From Synechococcus sp. (GTDB lineage Bacteria > Cyanobacteriota > Cyanobacteriia > Thermostichales > PCC-7336), in contig JBFRWN010000033.1 of NCBI GenBank assembly GCA_051439605.1, positions 1 through 31,476 on the forward strand: 31,476 nt of DNA, written 5' to 3'. A program made the translations under genes and the position numbers. Shown here in pieces: positions 18,788 through 29,778 of this stretch. Under the pieces are notes generated by a model. That model ran no database searches. It worked only from the letters and a program-made list of their open reading frames with translations, and was not told the DNA's origin. Position 1 is the first letter of the stretch, and each line of letters starts with the position of its first letter.

Positions 18788-19906
18788 ATGGTTGCCAATA
18801 GTGTTATGGCTAAGGCCCGTGCTAGATCTTCCCCAGGGAAAATCTTGAGACGGATTATTGATAACAATGTTTCCGGGCGCCTGGTGTTTCAAGATACTCA
18901 GGGTCGTGGCATTTTCTGGGAAGTCTTTGTTGGAGAAGGCAAGTTGCATTTTGCCTCTTCCACTCAAAACGCGTTAGATCGTCTGCAGTATTGCGCTAAT
19001 ACTGGTTCCCATCAGTTTGATTGGACTGATGTGCCTGACATGGGAACCTACGACCTGATGTGCCACTTTTGGAAATCGGGGTATCTCAGCCTGAAGCAGG
19101 TGAGGAAACTGGTCTTGGAGGTAACCCAAGATGCATTGACTCAGGTATTGGCGAGTTCCGAAACCGACGTTCAATTTGAGCGAGCAATGGGGTTGGACCC
19201 CATTTTGTTAGATGTGCCCATTCAATTGGCCGTGTCTAGCTGCAAACAGGAGATTTTGGGCTGGCGCAGCCTACGCCCCGTTATCTCCTCCCCTCTGCAA
19301 CGCCTGTCTGCCATCAATCTTGAAAAATTCGCTGCATGTATGGGTGATCGCATTGCGCAACTTTCCAATCCTTCAGTTATGGAAGCTCTGTTAGCAGATG
19401 CTCCGACATTCTATCGAATAGCAGATCGTTTCAACGTGAACGTACTCGAACTTGCAACACTGCTCAAACCGCTGGTGGAGAGTGGCGATATTACTTTGGA
19501 TAGTGAGGATACTGATGACTCACCACCCATGACCATCGCCTGTATCGATGACAGCAGAGCAGTACAGCGAAAAGTGCGCTTAACTCTCGAAGCTGCGGGC
19601 TACGAGGTCTTGGAATTGATGGAACCTGCCCGAGCCCTGACCGCTCTGGTACGGGCGAAGCCAAGTGCCATTTTGTTGGACATCACGATGCCAGAGCTGA
19701 GTGGCTACGAGCTCTGTCGCATGCTCAGGCAGTCAGCAGCGTTGAAGGATGTCCCGATTGTTATGCTTACCGGTCGCGATGGAGCGATCGATCGCTTACG
19801 GGCTCGCATGGCGGGTTCGACCGATTACATGACAAAGCCGTTCAATTCGCAAGTTTTACTCTCTCGCATTCAACAACTCACATCATCACAAGGTGTTCAA
19901 GCATGA
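18788..19906 (+). CDS. PatA-family response regulator (PATAN/DUF4388 + receiver; PixG/PilG-like)
   Basis: N-terminal SGRL...W.VF...GKL.FA PATAN-like region. C-terminal REC with IACIDDS, LLDITMP, MLT and TKP. Confidence 0.9.
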   Translation: MVANSVMAKARARSSPGKILRRIIDNNVSGRLVFQDTQGRGIFWEVFVGEGKLHFASSTQNALDRLQYCANTGSHQFDWTDVPDMGTYDLMCHFWKSGYLSLKQVRKLVLEVTQDALTQVLASSETDVQFERAMGLDPILLDVPIQLAVSSCKQEILGWRSLRPVISSPLQRLSAINLEKFAACMGDRIAQLSNPSVMEALLADAPTFYRIADRFNVNVLELATLLKPLVESGDITLDSEDTDDSPPMTIACIDDSRAVQRKVRLTLEAAGYEVLELMEPARALTALVRAKPSAILLDITMPELSGYELCRMLRQSAALKDVPIVMLTGRDGAIDRLRARMAGSTDYMTKPFNSQVLLSRIQQLTSSQGVQA

Positions 19907-20271
19907 AGTCTATTTTGGTTGTCGAAGATTCCCGGACCGAGCGCCAGCTAATCGTAGCGCTGCTTCAAGGGGCAGGTCATCTGGTTCAATTTGTGAATAC
20001 CGCCGAGGAGGCCTGGGATTGGTTGCAGAAAGCTCCTGCTGCCCCCGATCTAATCGTGCTCGATATCGTCATGCCTGGGGCAACAGGCCTGGATTTCTGC
20101 CGCGATCTCCGTCAGGATCCTAAATTTGAGAACGTTCCGGTGGTCTTCTGCTCCTCCAAGGATAAAGAATTCGATCGCTTCTGGGCCCTCCGCCAGGGAG
20201 GCAACGCCTACATCACCAAGCCCTTTGCCCCCAACGAATTTATGGCCACGGTCGAGCAATATCTGAACTAG
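19903..20271 (+). CDS. CheY-like single-domain response regulator (PixH/PilH-like)
   Basis: ILVVEDS, LDIVMP and DRFWALRQGGNAYITKP. ATGA overlap with the preceding gene. Confidence 0.93.
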   Translation: MKSILVVEDSRTERQLIVALLQGAGHLVQFVNTAEEAWDWLQKAPAAPDLIVLDIVMPGATGLDFCRDLRQDPKFENVPVVFCSSKDKEFDRFWALRQGGNAYITKPFAPNEFMATVEQYLN

Positions 20272-20451
20272 CTCGATTGCCTCGACCGTCAGCGAGACGA
20301 ATCGATACCGCACAAGAACGCAGCTTGCGCTCTCAATTTCCCATGGCCAGATTGAGCTGGATAGACGAACGATTGCCTGTCTTTTCTGCTCGAACGGATG
20401 ACTTTTTAGCTTGAGTGCTAGCCCTTTGTTTTTTTGAATTCACTGTTAACC

Positions 20452-20955
20452 ATGCTGAAGGAATATTTCCACATTCGACTCGGACCGGCGGCACAAATAG
20501 CGGTGCCGTTGGAGTTCACCACCGAAGCCCTTTCAGAACTGCGACGGAACGTATGTCCGATTCCAGGGGTCCCTTCCCACCTGTTAGGGGTGATGAATCA
20601 ACGGGGGCGCCTGCTCTGGATTGCAGATCTGGCCTCGCTGCTGGGGATTGACGCTCGAAAGCGCTGGGGCGAGTTCGAAACGCTGACGATTCTTTCCCTG
20701 AAGGGGATTGGTCAACCCGCCTCGGATTTGGCTCAGTTGCCGCAAGTAGGATGCGTCGTATCGGAGCTGAAAGGAACGATTTCCATCGATTCCAGCCAAA
20801 TCAAGCCAATCCCCCCTAAGACTTCCGCCCAAATGCGTCCGTATCTCAGCGGAATTGCCACGATTGGCGGAGCCGGGATATCCATTCTTAACCCCGCCCC
20901 TCTCTTTGAAACCCTCAAGTCCTCTACTTCCTCTCAACCGTTGGTAATCAAATGA
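20452..20955 (+). CDS. CheW-like coupling protein (PixI/PilI-like)
   Basis: [25 protein letters not shown] motif. The ATG at 20452 is preferred. Confidence 0.92.
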   Translation: MLKEYFHIRLGPAAQIAVPLEFTTEALSELRRNVCPIPGVPSHLLGVMNQRGRLLWIADLASLLGIDARKRWGEFETLTILSLKGIGQPASDLAQLPQVGCVVSELKGTISIDSSQIKPIPPKTSAQMRPYLSGIATIGGAGISILNPAPLFETLKSSTSSQPLVIK

Positions 20956-23537
20956 GCATTCAAAATCCCCGTTCCCCCATTTCCGCATCTGCTGCCCCCC
21001 AGCAACAGGCTGCATCGGCCCCCGATATGGCACAGTTGATTGCCGATTTGTCGAAAGCCAGTTCGTTCGAACAAGCTGGCAACATCGAAGAGGCCAGGCA
21101 ACTGTACCAATACGTATTAGATAGCGATCCAGATGGCAGTTTGGGGATTAGTGCTCGCAAAGCACTGGAATCCCTGGAAATGGCTCATCCTTTCAGCGAT
21201 GGGGCCAGTGCTACCGAGGCATCGATTGTCGAGCAAGCCTTTGCTGAAGAATCTCAAGAGGTGGTTCAATCCAGCTGGCTGGCAAACTTATCCGTTCGCG
21301 GCAAGCAGTATCTCGCTCTGTTTGGTTCGGAATTCGTGACTGTGGCCGGTGTAGCCGGTTTGAGTTTAGCGCTGCTGGTGTCTACCGGTCGCACCCAGCT
21401 AAAACAGCAAACGGAGTCAGAACTCGCCGTAAACGACATTGAATACAACATTAAAATCAACCAAATGGGCTTCGGTTTCCGGGGTCAGTCGGATAACGCG
21501 GCGGTGATCGCAGCTGCATCAGCCCACCAGAAGGGGGAAGCCATCTCTCCAGAGTTGCAGGCCCAGGTGGAAGCCATTCTGGACAATGAAATTAGCGCTC
21601 GTGTCATTGAGTACGCCACTCTGGTGGGTACCGACCGGCGCATTATTGCCAGCGCCAATGCCGACCGCAAAGGGGAAGAGTTCGACCCCAATGGTTTGGT
21701 AAGCGAAGTCCTGGCCAATCCCGCTCAGATTAAAACCAGCGAGTTGGTCACCTGGGAGGAACTCTCGCGGGAGGCTCCTCCATTACCGGAAGGGTTTGAA
21801 GCAGGGGAAGATGCTCTGATTCGCTATACCGTCACTCCCGTTCAGTCTAACGGGGAAGTTATTGGTGCTCTGGTCTCGGGGGATATTGTCAACGGCAAAC
21901 TGCCGATCGCGGCCAAGACCGTCGAGGCATTCGATGGCGGCTACAGCGCGGTTTATCTAGTGGATGAAACCGGCCAATTTGAGCTAGCTACTGCGTTTGC
22001 CAGCAATAGCGGAGCATCCGATACGATGGCCGCTGCCCAAACTGGCGAAAGTCTGGATTTACCGAATCAGTCCATTCTCCAAGAAGCCGTCGCAGCGGAT
22101 GGAGACATCGTGACTGCTAGTGCCCAAAAAGTTGGGGAGGTAAAATATACTCTGGCAGCCAATTCCCTCAGCGACTTTGGGGGCAATCCGGTGGCAGTGA
22201 TCGTGCGTGGCCATAATGAAGCTGAAGCTGGAGCGCTGGTGCGACGCAATTTGGGCCTGCAAATGGGAGTTGCGGGGGCCGCCGTGGGCTTGAACGTCCT
22301 GCTGGGTTCCTGGCTGACCCGGTCGTTCGTGGGACCGATTAAACGAATGATGAAGGCCACTCAGGACTTTGCCAAGGGAGACCGGTCTGCCCGCGCCGAA
22401 GTCATAGCCACCGACGAAATTGGCGCTTTGGCGCAAAACTTTAACCAGATGGCTGCCAGCATCAGTCAGCAGGAAGCTGCTATGGAGGCTCAATCCCTCG
22501 AACGAAAAGCGGATGCAGAATTCCAGCGGCAGGAGAAGGAGAAACTGCAGCAGGAAGTTGTGAAACTCTTGCTGGACATTGAAGGGGCCAGAGACGGAGA
22601 CCTTACGGTGCGGGCCAACGTGGATGATGGGGAAATGGGCTCGGTGGCTGACGCCTTTAACAACACCATCCGTAACCTGAAAGAACTGGTGTACCAGGTG
22701 AAGTCCACCTCCGAGCAGGTACAAACCTCTGCGAACCAAAACGAACAGTCGGTTCAGAAACTGTCGCAGGAGGCCACAGCCCAAGCCGAGACCATTATGG
22801 AAGCTCTGACGTCGGTCGAAGACATGAGTCAATCCATTCAGTTGGTGGCCGAGTCAGCCCAAGAGGCAGCTGGAATTGCTCGCTTGACCCTGGAGGCCAG
22901 CAAAGAGGGTGAGACCAGCATGGACTTGACGGTGGACAGCATTGATAACATCCGTAACAGCTCGGCAGAAACTTCCAAGAAGGTGAAGCGACTGGCGGAA
23001 TCCTCCCAAGAGATTTCCAAGATTGTGGGTATTATCTCCAGCATTTCGGAAAAAACTAACTTGCTGGCATTTAACGCATCGATTGAGGCGGCTCGTGCGG
23101 GTGAAAACGGTCAGGGCTTCCGGATTGTTGCGGACGAGGTTCGTCGCCTAGCGGAAAGGGTGACCGAATCCACTAAGGAAATCGAACAGCTGGTCACCAC
23201 AATTCAGGCGGAAACCGGAGATGTGCTGCAACAGATTGAGGAAAGTACCAGTCAGGTTGTGGAAGGTACGCAGTTGGTGAATCGCACCAAAAACACCTTG
23301 CAGCAGCTGGCAACGATTAGTCAGAAGACGGACGAACTCCTGCAATCCATCTCCAACAGTACGGAATCTCAGGCCAAAACCTCCGAGACCGTGACCCAAA
23401 CCATGAAAGAAGTTGTGCAGGTGGCTCAAAACACCTCCAGCGAATCTCAGGAGATGTCTAGCAGCCTGCGTGAATTGGTGGGCGTGGCATCCTCTCTAGA
23501 AAATTCGGTTGCCAAGTTCCGAGTTGAAGATAAATAG
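20952..23537 (+). CDS. Methyl-accepting chemotaxis protein (TPR-like N-terminus, 2 TM, periplasmic sensor, 2 HAMP, MA domain)
   Basis: Hairpin tip [37 protein letters not shown] motifs [13 protein letters not shown] and [11 protein letters not shown], and two hydrophobic segments. Confidence 0.95.
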   Translation: MSIQNPRSPISASAAPQQQAASAPDMAQLIADLSKASSFEQAGNIEEARQLYQYVLDSDPDGSLGISARKALESLEMAHPFSDGASATEASIVEQAFAEESQEVVQSSWLANLSVRGKQYLALFGSEFVTVAGVAGLSLALLVSTGRTQLKQQTESELAVNDIEYNIKINQMGFGFRGQSDNAAVIAAASAHQKGEAISPELQAQVEAILDNEISARVIEYATLVGTDRRIIASANADRKGEEFDPNGLVSEVLANPAQIKTSELVTWEELSREAPPLPEGFEAGEDALIRYTVTPVQSNGEVIGALVSGDIVNGKLPIAAKTVEAFDGGYSAVYLVDETGQFELATAFASNSGASDTMAAAQTGESLDLPNQSILQEAVAADGDIVTASAQKVGEVKYTLAANSLSDFGGNPVAVIVRGHNEAEAGALVRRNLGLQMGVAGAAVGLNVLLGSWLTRSFVGPIKRMMKATQDFAKGDRSARAEVIATDEIGALAQNFNQMAASISQQEAAMEAQSLERKADAEFQRQEKEKLQQEVVKLLLDIEGARDGDLTVRANVDDGEMGSVADAFNNTIRNLKELVYQVKSTSEQVQTSANQNEQSVQKLSQEATAQAETIMEALTSVEDMSQSIQLVAESAQEAAGIARLTLEASKEGETSMDLTVDSIDNIRNSSAETSKKVKRLAESSQEISKIVGIISSISEKTNLLAFNASIEAARAGENGQGFRIVADEVRRLAERVTESTKEIEQLVTTIQAETGDVLQQIEESTSQVVEGTQLVNRTKNTLQQLATISQKTDELLQSISNSTESQAKTSETVTQTMKEVVQVAQNTSSESQEMSSSLRELVGVASSLENSVAKFRVEDK

Positions 23538-23548
23538 ATTGCGATCGC

Positions 23549-23581
23549 GGGTCAGAGGTCGGGAGTTTCCCCCTCTGGCCC
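23549..23581 (+). other. Stem-loop in the mcp-cheA spacer
   Basis: GGGTCAGAGG pairs with CCTCTGGCCC (one G-U). It directly follows a HIP1 site (23541-23548) and has no clear U-tract. Confidence 0.45.
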
Positions 23582-23733
23582 CTGTCTTAATTGGTGGAAA
23601 GAAAAGATCTTATCTCTCATGCAGCCTCTCGGCACAGCTGAAGTTTTCAGGAGATCCCTCCACCATCCCCTCTCTAGCATTGTTTCCTATTCCGTTCCCC
23701 CTTTAGCGCCCGACCTCCAGGAGGCCCCCACCC

Positions 23734-26727
23734 GTGCTCGACGCCGCTAGTCTTGACTCTATTACGCAGGAAGCCCGATCCTGTTTCCTTTACGAAGATG
23801 CTCCCGAGTATTTGGCGGCATTCGAGAGTGGCCTGCAGCAGTTGACCCTCGAGTCCTCCGAAGCGCACCCGGATGTAGGGGTCTATAACGGGCTGATGCG
23901 AACGGCCCACTCCCTCAAAGGTGGAGCTGGTATTGCCCAACTCCCCCACCTACAGCGTTTATCCCACCAGCTTGAAGATCTATTAGAGGCCTTGAATGGG
24001 GGACGAGTGGAGGATAGCGGGCAAGCCCATCAGTTGCTGTTTGAAGGGTTAGAACGAACCAATCAACTGATTGCTGCGGCCATTCGTTCTGGAGAAGAGG
24101 GAGAGGCTGAAGCGGCGAATAATTTAGAAATCTTCCAACTGCTCGATTTCTTTTTGGGAACGTTACCCGAGGAGTTCGAAGAATTTGAAGAAAGTTCCGA
24201 CATCACCCCCAATTCTTTTCTGGTAGAAACGGCACTGACCGTCGATCTCGAGGACTGTATCCAGCGCGTGGAAGGAGCACTTGAGGGTGGTCATGAAACT
24301 CTAGAAGAAATCGTTCCGGGGTTTGTGGAAGAATGCATTTTGCTCGGCGAGGCCCTAAACCTCCCTTGGCTCTCGGAAGTGGGGAAATCATTGCGGGGGT
24401 TTGTCGGCAGCGATACCGAACGATTAGCAGAGTTCACCCAAACTGCGCTCTCCACAATTCGCGAGCAGAGGGAACGATTGCTCAATCCCTCTAACAACAA
24501 CTCGTCAGCGGTCTCCGAACCCCTTCTTGATGAGCACGATTTCCCGCAAACTGATGAACTCAACCTGCTTGATGAAACTATTCCGGACATATCGGATTTA
24601 GACGAGCTACTGGGGGATTCTTCCGCCAAGCCTTCCAATGAACCGGAACTAGACGTTCGAGTAGAAGACGAATTGCTCGATGAGTTCGTGAGCAATTCTG
24701 TCAGCTTACCGCTGGTTGCGGAGGCTACCTCCGACGAACTCCCGTCCGAAAGAGTTGCGGCCCCATCATCAGTCCCTGCAAAATCGGCCGAGGCGGCGGC
24801 TCCGGGGATTAACCTCCGCATGCCAGTGACCCGACTGGATAAAATCAACAACATTCTAGGGGAACTGCTAATTGCCCACGAACGTTTGGGATCGCAACAC
24901 TTACAGCTCAAGCAGGCCAATCGCACCCTCAGCCAACGGGCTCAGCAGCTCACTCCCCTGAACGAGCGCATCTCCGATATTTACGATCGCCTATCCTCTC
25001 CGGTTGCTAGCACCTCTGCAGCAGTCTCCTCCAGCACTGTATTGGGAGCTTTCTCTCATCGGCTAGCTAGCCACCCCAATGCCTTATCAAACCATCTAAC
25101 AGAGGGTAATGAGTTTGATTCCCTGGAGATGGATCGGTACACCGATTTGCACAGTACCTTGCAGGACTTTCAGGAGCTGATGGTACGGGTCCAGGAAACT
25201 CGGTCCGACATTGATGTGATTCAGATGGATTTGGGGGAATCTCTGGAAGGTTTGCGTCAGGACCTGGACGGATTGCGTTCGGAACTCACTCAGTCTCGTC
25301 TTTCCCCATTCCGCACCCTATCCGATCGCTTTTTTGCACCCCTACGCTCTCTCAGCAGCCAACACAACAAGTCTGTGTCCCTCGAAGTTAAAGGAGCAGA
25401 CGCGCTGGTTGACCTGGCTGTACTGGAGCAATTGCAAGCGCCCCTAACGCAGCTATTCCGCAATGCCTTTGCCCACGGAATTGAGCCCCCTGAGGAGCGC
25501 GTGGCTGCTGGCAAATCCCCCGAAGCAACAATCACATTGTCTGCGAGGGTGCAAAGCAACCGGGCATTGCTGTCTATCTCGGATGATGGACGAGGGATCG
25601 ATCTCCAGGCGGTGCTCGACAAAGCGATCCAACTGGGGCTCTGCGCCCCAGAAGAAGCTTCTAGCCTGCCCTCGCAGCAAATCTACGGCTTCTTATTTGC
25701 CCCAGGCTTTTCCACGGCTGAGAAAACCACTGCTCTGGCGGGTCGCGGTGTGGGTCTCGACATCGTACAAATGCAGGTGGAACGCCTGCGGGGGACTGTT
25801 CAAGTGGAATCCCATTTGGGGAAAGGGACAACCTTCACCCTGTCGATTCCTCTGTCCTCCAACATCCTGCCCTTGTTGATTTTCCGCTGTCAGCAACGAC
25901 TGATGGCAATGCCTTCGATCGAAGTGTTAGAGGCTATTGGCCTACAGGAATATAAAGAACTGGGTCTCATGGACGGGGATCGCATTCTGTGGAAGGAGCG
26001 ATCGCTGCGGGTGAAACCTTTGCTGCAATTGCTGCCCTACGCCGAGAAACCGGTGGTAGATAGCTGTCCCGTTGCCTTGATTGTTAATGTCGGTGGTACT
26101 GCGATGGCATTGGGGGTAGATGCCCTAGAAAGTGAGCGCGAGCTAGTGCTAAAGCCGTTTGACTCCACAGTTCCCATGCCTGCATATCTATCCGGTTGTA
26201 CGGTACTGGGTGATGGTCAGGTGGTTCCGGTGCTAGATACCGATCGCTTAGCTCTGCTGTTGGAAGAGTCCCTTGCGTTATCTACTGTTCGACCTGGAAC
26301 TCAACAATCAGACTCCGCGACACCTGCTGAGGGTAGCGAGGACGAAAAGCTTACTATCTTGATCGTGGATGACTCGATCGCCGTGCGTCGGGCATTGAAT
26401 CGACTGCTCACCCAAGCGGGTTACCGAGTGATTGAGGGGCGTGACGGCAAAGAGGCTCTAGAAATCTTCTCAAGCAGCGATCGACTGTTTGAAATGGTGA
26501 TTACTGATATAGAGATGCCTCGCCTAGATGGATTTGGATTGCTGCAGGCAATCCGAGAAAGCAATGCCACAATTCCGGTGGCGATGTTGACCTCGCGGGA
26601 GAACGAGCGTCACCGACGCAAAGCCTTTAGCTTAGGGGCAACTGAATATTTTAGTAAACCATTTCAACCCCGCGCGATGCTGCAGACCCTAGAAAAACTA
26701 TTGCACGTTCAGCAGATTGAGGCTTAG
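23734..26727 (+). CDS. Hybrid CheA-like histidine kinase (Hpt, dimerisation, HATPase, CheW, REC; PixL/ChpA-like)
   Basis: Hpt motif RTAHSLKGGA, FDSLEMDRY, RNAFAHGIE, DDGRGID, GFST, GRGVGLD, a CheW domain and a C-terminal REC (DDS, TDIEMP, SKP). Confidence 0.95.
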   Translation: MLDAASLDSITQEARSCFLYEDAPEYLAAFESGLQQLTLESSEAHPDVGVYNGLMRTAHSLKGGAGIAQLPHLQRLSHQLEDLLEALNGGRVEDSGQAHQLLFEGLERTNQLIAAAIRSGEEGEAEAANNLEIFQLLDFFLGTLPEEFEEFEESSDITPNSFLVETALTVDLEDCIQRVEGALEGGHETLEEIVPGFVEECILLGEALNLPWLSEVGKSLRGFVGSDTERLAEFTQTALSTIREQRERLLNPSNNNSSAVSEPLLDEHDFPQTDELNLLDETIPDISDLDELLGDSSAKPSNEPELDVRVEDELLDEFVSNSVSLPLVAEATSDELPSERVAAPSSVPAKSAEAAAPGINLRMPVTRLDKINNILGELLIAHERLGSQHLQLKQANRTLSQRAQQLTPLNERISDIYDRLSSPVASTSAAVSSSTVLGAFSHRLASHPNALSNHLTEGNEFDSLEMDRYTDLHSTLQDFQELMVRVQETRSDIDVIQMDLGESLEGLRQDLDGLRSELTQSRLSPFRTLSDRFFAPLRSLSSQHNKSVSLEVKGADALVDLAVLEQLQAPLTQLFRNAFAHGIEPPEERVAAGKSPEATITLSARVQSNRALLSISDDGRGIDLQAVLDKAIQLGLCAPEEASSLPSQQIYGFLFAPGFSTAEKTTALAGRGVGLDIVQMQVERLRGTVQVESHLGKGTTFTLSIPLSSNILPLLIFRCQQRLMAMPSIEVLEAIGLQEYKELGLMDGDRILWKERSLRVKPLLQLLPYAEKPVVDSCPVALIVNVGGTAMALGVDALESERELVLKPFDSTVPMPAYLSGCTVLGDGQVVPVLDTDRLALLLEESLALSTVRPGTQQSDSATPAEGSEDEKLTILIVDDSIAVRRALNRLLTQAGYRVIEGRDGKEALEIFSSSDRLFEMVITDIEMPRLDGFGLLQAIRESNATIPVAMLTSRENERHRRKAFSLGATEYFSKPFQPRAMLQTLEKLLHVQQIEA

Positions 26728-28231
26728 GTGGGTTGGACCTTATGTATCTGATGCAGGCATGTGCATCCTTCATCCAAGCATGACTTTTCCTAGGTCATCC
26801 AGCCCTTAAGATACGAAGCTATAAAGCTTGGGGCTCAGCATCCAGCTAAAGTTACTCCAACAACATCAATAGGCTATAGAAAGGAGTCAGCTAGTTACGG
26901 TCAGATTTTTAGAAGCTGACCACTGGGAGATCGAGGCTTAATAAGCTGTATCCTAAGTTGTCGCTTAATGAGGCCCACGTTCTAAATTACTGCCGGAATG
27001 GCTCGCTTGCCTGGTGCAAGAATTGCTTCAACGACAAACAGTGGGGCATAACCTCAGACTCTGGCAGAAAATACGTTCAAGATCGGAGCAGAAACCTCGC
27101 TAGTCTGGCAGGCAGATTCAATAAATATCACTGGAGGAGAAACTCCCGAAGGGATGTTCGTTCAGCTCTCCAGATGCGCTTTCCTTGGGAAATTGCTCAG
27201 AAGCCGCAGTGTCCTTGGTGGTCGTCGGTGGATAGAGACATCCAAGTAGTGCAAAAGTTTATAGTGCAGATTTGGCAAGGGTTATCAGGAATTCCTGAAG
27301 AATAGCAGTTGTCGCATAATTTGTTGGTTGAGTCTACCTTAGAGTCTAGAGATGCATGGCTTTAGTGCAGCTATGGAGCTTCTTAGATATCAAGCGATAA
27401 TCTTCACGCTTGGAGCGACCAGGGAGGTGTTATATTACACAGATACCATTGATTGCACGTCAAAAGTCACTCTCCCCCCAAGAGGACCACCTTGTACTGA
27501 GCGAGGAACATAGCCTATTGACATAAAGAAGGTTGATTAAATTAAAGACCACCCCTAGTTCGATGTTGTGACTCGGATCAAAGGTACTTCTCGAATATGC
27601 CAGCACGAAGCGATGAAGTTCTTACGGTAATAGGAAGCTTTGAGAAAACCATTTACGAGAATTGATCGCATAAAATTTGTCTCATAATCAATATAAATGG
27701 TTTATATTGAGCTTTTGAAATAAGATTTTTGCGCAAAATCAACTAGTCAACCAGCAAAAAGCAAATTCCCATAATGCAGGGGAAGCATTGCTTGGTGCTC
27801 TGTATCTCGGTATACGAGAAAAAAGTGTGACCATCCAGATGCATTACCTTTAAGGCTTGCGCCTATTTCTTTTTTATACTATATTTACTTACGTGCATTC
27901 ACGGTACAACGTTGTTTCTTGTTTTTATTGATTAGTATAAGTTATCACTGCGAACAGTTTATCTTCCCAGAGGATATAACATAGTATGGTGGGATGTGGC
28001 ATCAGTCATAATATTATGAAAAGTCCATCTGAAAAGACTATTCGTCTTGAAGATGATATCTAGTCTAATATTTGACTTTTACTATCTAAATTGATCGAAG
28101 TCGATAGCTTCTTCCTCATTAACCTTCAAGTTAGGCGGTTGCTCATCAAGTTCACTAAGAGAATAGAAAGTAAGAATCCTCTTTGGAGGAGATTCTTTTT
28201 TAGGCACATTTGCTGAATTCAAACAAGGAAC

Positions 28232-29740
28232 ATGTTATTTAATTCCTTTATTTTTATATTTCTATTCTTGCCCCTTACTTTAATCACCTATTATTTTTTG
28301 TCTAGAAAAGGCTACTTTAAGGCTTCTTTAGTTTGCTTGGTTGTTGCTTCTTTTATCTTTTATGGGTATTGGAATCAGAATTATCTATTACTGCTATTAT
28401 TTTCAATCTTATCAAATTATTCCATCAGTCTAGCCCTTGACAGAATAGATTCTAGTAAAGCTGTTGAAAGGAAGATTTTACTTATCTCAGGCATAACTTT
28501 TAATCTAGGGCTCATCGCATATTACAAATATGCTGGTTTTTTGGTTCAGACTATTAACGATGTCGTAGGGACTAATTTTAATCTAGTCAATATCATACTT
28601 CCTCTTGCGATATCATTTTTCACATTTCAGCAAATTGCTTACCTTGTAGATGTTTATCAAGGTAAAGTTGAAGACCATAATTTATTAAAGTATTGTCTAT
28701 TTGTTGTATTTTTCCCCCAGCTAATTGCAGGGCCAATTATACATCATAACGATGTGATGAAACAATTTAATAAAAATCTTTGCAAGCAATCTTTGAGCAG
28801 AAATTTAGCAATTGGCTCGACAATATTTTTTATTGGCTTGTTTAAAAAAGTCTGCTTGGCTGATACGATCGCATCCTATGCTAATCCGGTGTTTAATGCC
28901 GCAGAATTAGGAGGGGAAATTGGATTTCTAGATGGTTGGGAAGGTGCCCTGGCTTACACTTTTCAACTTTACTTTGATTTCTCTGGATATTCTGATATGG
29001 CTATTGGGGCGGCAGGAATGTTCGGAATCTTGCTTCCACTAAACTTTAATTCACCTTACAAGTCAGTTGATATCTCAGATTTCTGGCGACGCTGGCATAT
29101 GACGCTATCCAGATTCTTAAGAGATTATATATACATACCTCTTGGAGGAAATCGAAAAGGAGAGCAGAGGCGAAAAATCAACCTCATGTCCACCATGTTA
29201 CTCGGGGGGCTCTGGCATGGAGCTGGATGGACATTTGTTCTATGGGGTGGTTTGCATGGTCTCTATCTTACAGTTCACAGGCAGTGGCAAGCTTATCAAT
29301 CTAGATTAAATCATCGGTTTGTAATGGATGACAGAGTTGTCCGGATTACATGCACATTGCTGACATTTATCTCAGTATCGGTTGCATGGGTTTTCTTCAG
29401 GGCTAATACGCTTGCCGGTGCGACTAATATATTGAAAGGAATGTTTGGTCTGTATGGGTTAGGTGATACACAACCAGGAGCTTTCATCTGCATATGCCTT
29501 CTAGCTTTCATTGTTTTTCTTGCACCGAATACCCAGGAATGGATGACAACACAATTCGCACGTGAAGAAAGATATTTGTTAAGTGATTCAAAGTCCCAAA
29601 TTGGAGAGAATCCTTTTCAATTCTTGGATAGACTTAGGTGGTTTCCCGATAGAAAGTGGGCAACACTAGTCTCTCTCATGTCATTGGTATCACTTTTGCT
29701 ATTTAATAGAGAAAGTGAGTTTATCTACTTTCAGTTCTGA
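28232..29740 (+). CDS. MBOAT family O-acyltransferase (AlgI/DltB-like)
   Basis: LPLAISFFTFQQ, FFPQLIAGPI, YFDFSGYSDMA, FWRRWHMTLS, catalytic GLWHGA and C-terminal FIYFQF. Confidence 0.95.
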   Translation: MLFNSFIFIFLFLPLTLITYYFLSRKGYFKASLVCLVVASFIFYGYWNQNYLLLLLFSILSNYSISLALDRIDSSKAVERKILLISGITFNLGLIAYYKYAGFLVQTINDVVGTNFNLVNIILPLAISFFTFQQIAYLVDVYQGKVEDHNLLKYCLFVVFFPQLIAGPIIHHNDVMKQFNKNLCKQSLSRNLAIGSTIFFIGLFKKVCLADTIASYANPVFNAAELGGEIGFLDGWEGALAYTFQLYFDFSGYSDMAIGAAGMFGILLPLNFNSPYKSVDISDFWRRWHMTLSRFLRDYIYIPLGGNRKGEQRRKINLMSTMLLGGLWHGAGWTFVLWGGLHGLYLTVHRQWQAYQSRLNHRFVMDDRVVRITCTLLTFISVSVAWVFFRANTLAGATNILKGMFGLYGLGDTQPGAFICICLLAFIVFLAPNTQEWMTTQFAREERYLLSDSKSQIGENPFQFLDRLRWFPDRKWATLVSLMSLVSLLLFNRESEFIYFQF

Positions 29741-29778
29741 ATTTTATTTTGCTGAACATAGATATTGAGACAAACATC

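Larger units (their letters stand above)
314..26005. repeat. Dispersed HIP1 octamers (GCGATCGC)
   Basis: About 18 perfect copies counted by eye (e.g. near 314, 1323, 6833, 10142, 23541, 25998). None was seen after ~26010. Confidence 0.85.

Noticed and set aside
22059..22832. 257-aa antisense ORF and the many other ORFs nested in long genes
   Set aside because: They are shadows of well-supported genes on the other strand or frame and have no motifs of their own.
25450..25485. CheA N-box RNAFAHG (Ala in place of Asp) as a sign of a dead kinase
   Set aside because: The catalytic Asn, G1/F/G2 boxes and Hpt His are intact, and this position varies among CheA-like kinases.
26958..27305. 115-aa ORF
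   Set aside because: TTG start, Trp/Arg/Cys-rich atypical composition and no family resemblance.
28134..28144. ops/JUMPstart-like GGCGGTTGC before the MBOAT gene
   Set aside because: It mismatches GGCGGTAG, and RfaH-type control is not established in cyanobacteria, so it is probably chance.
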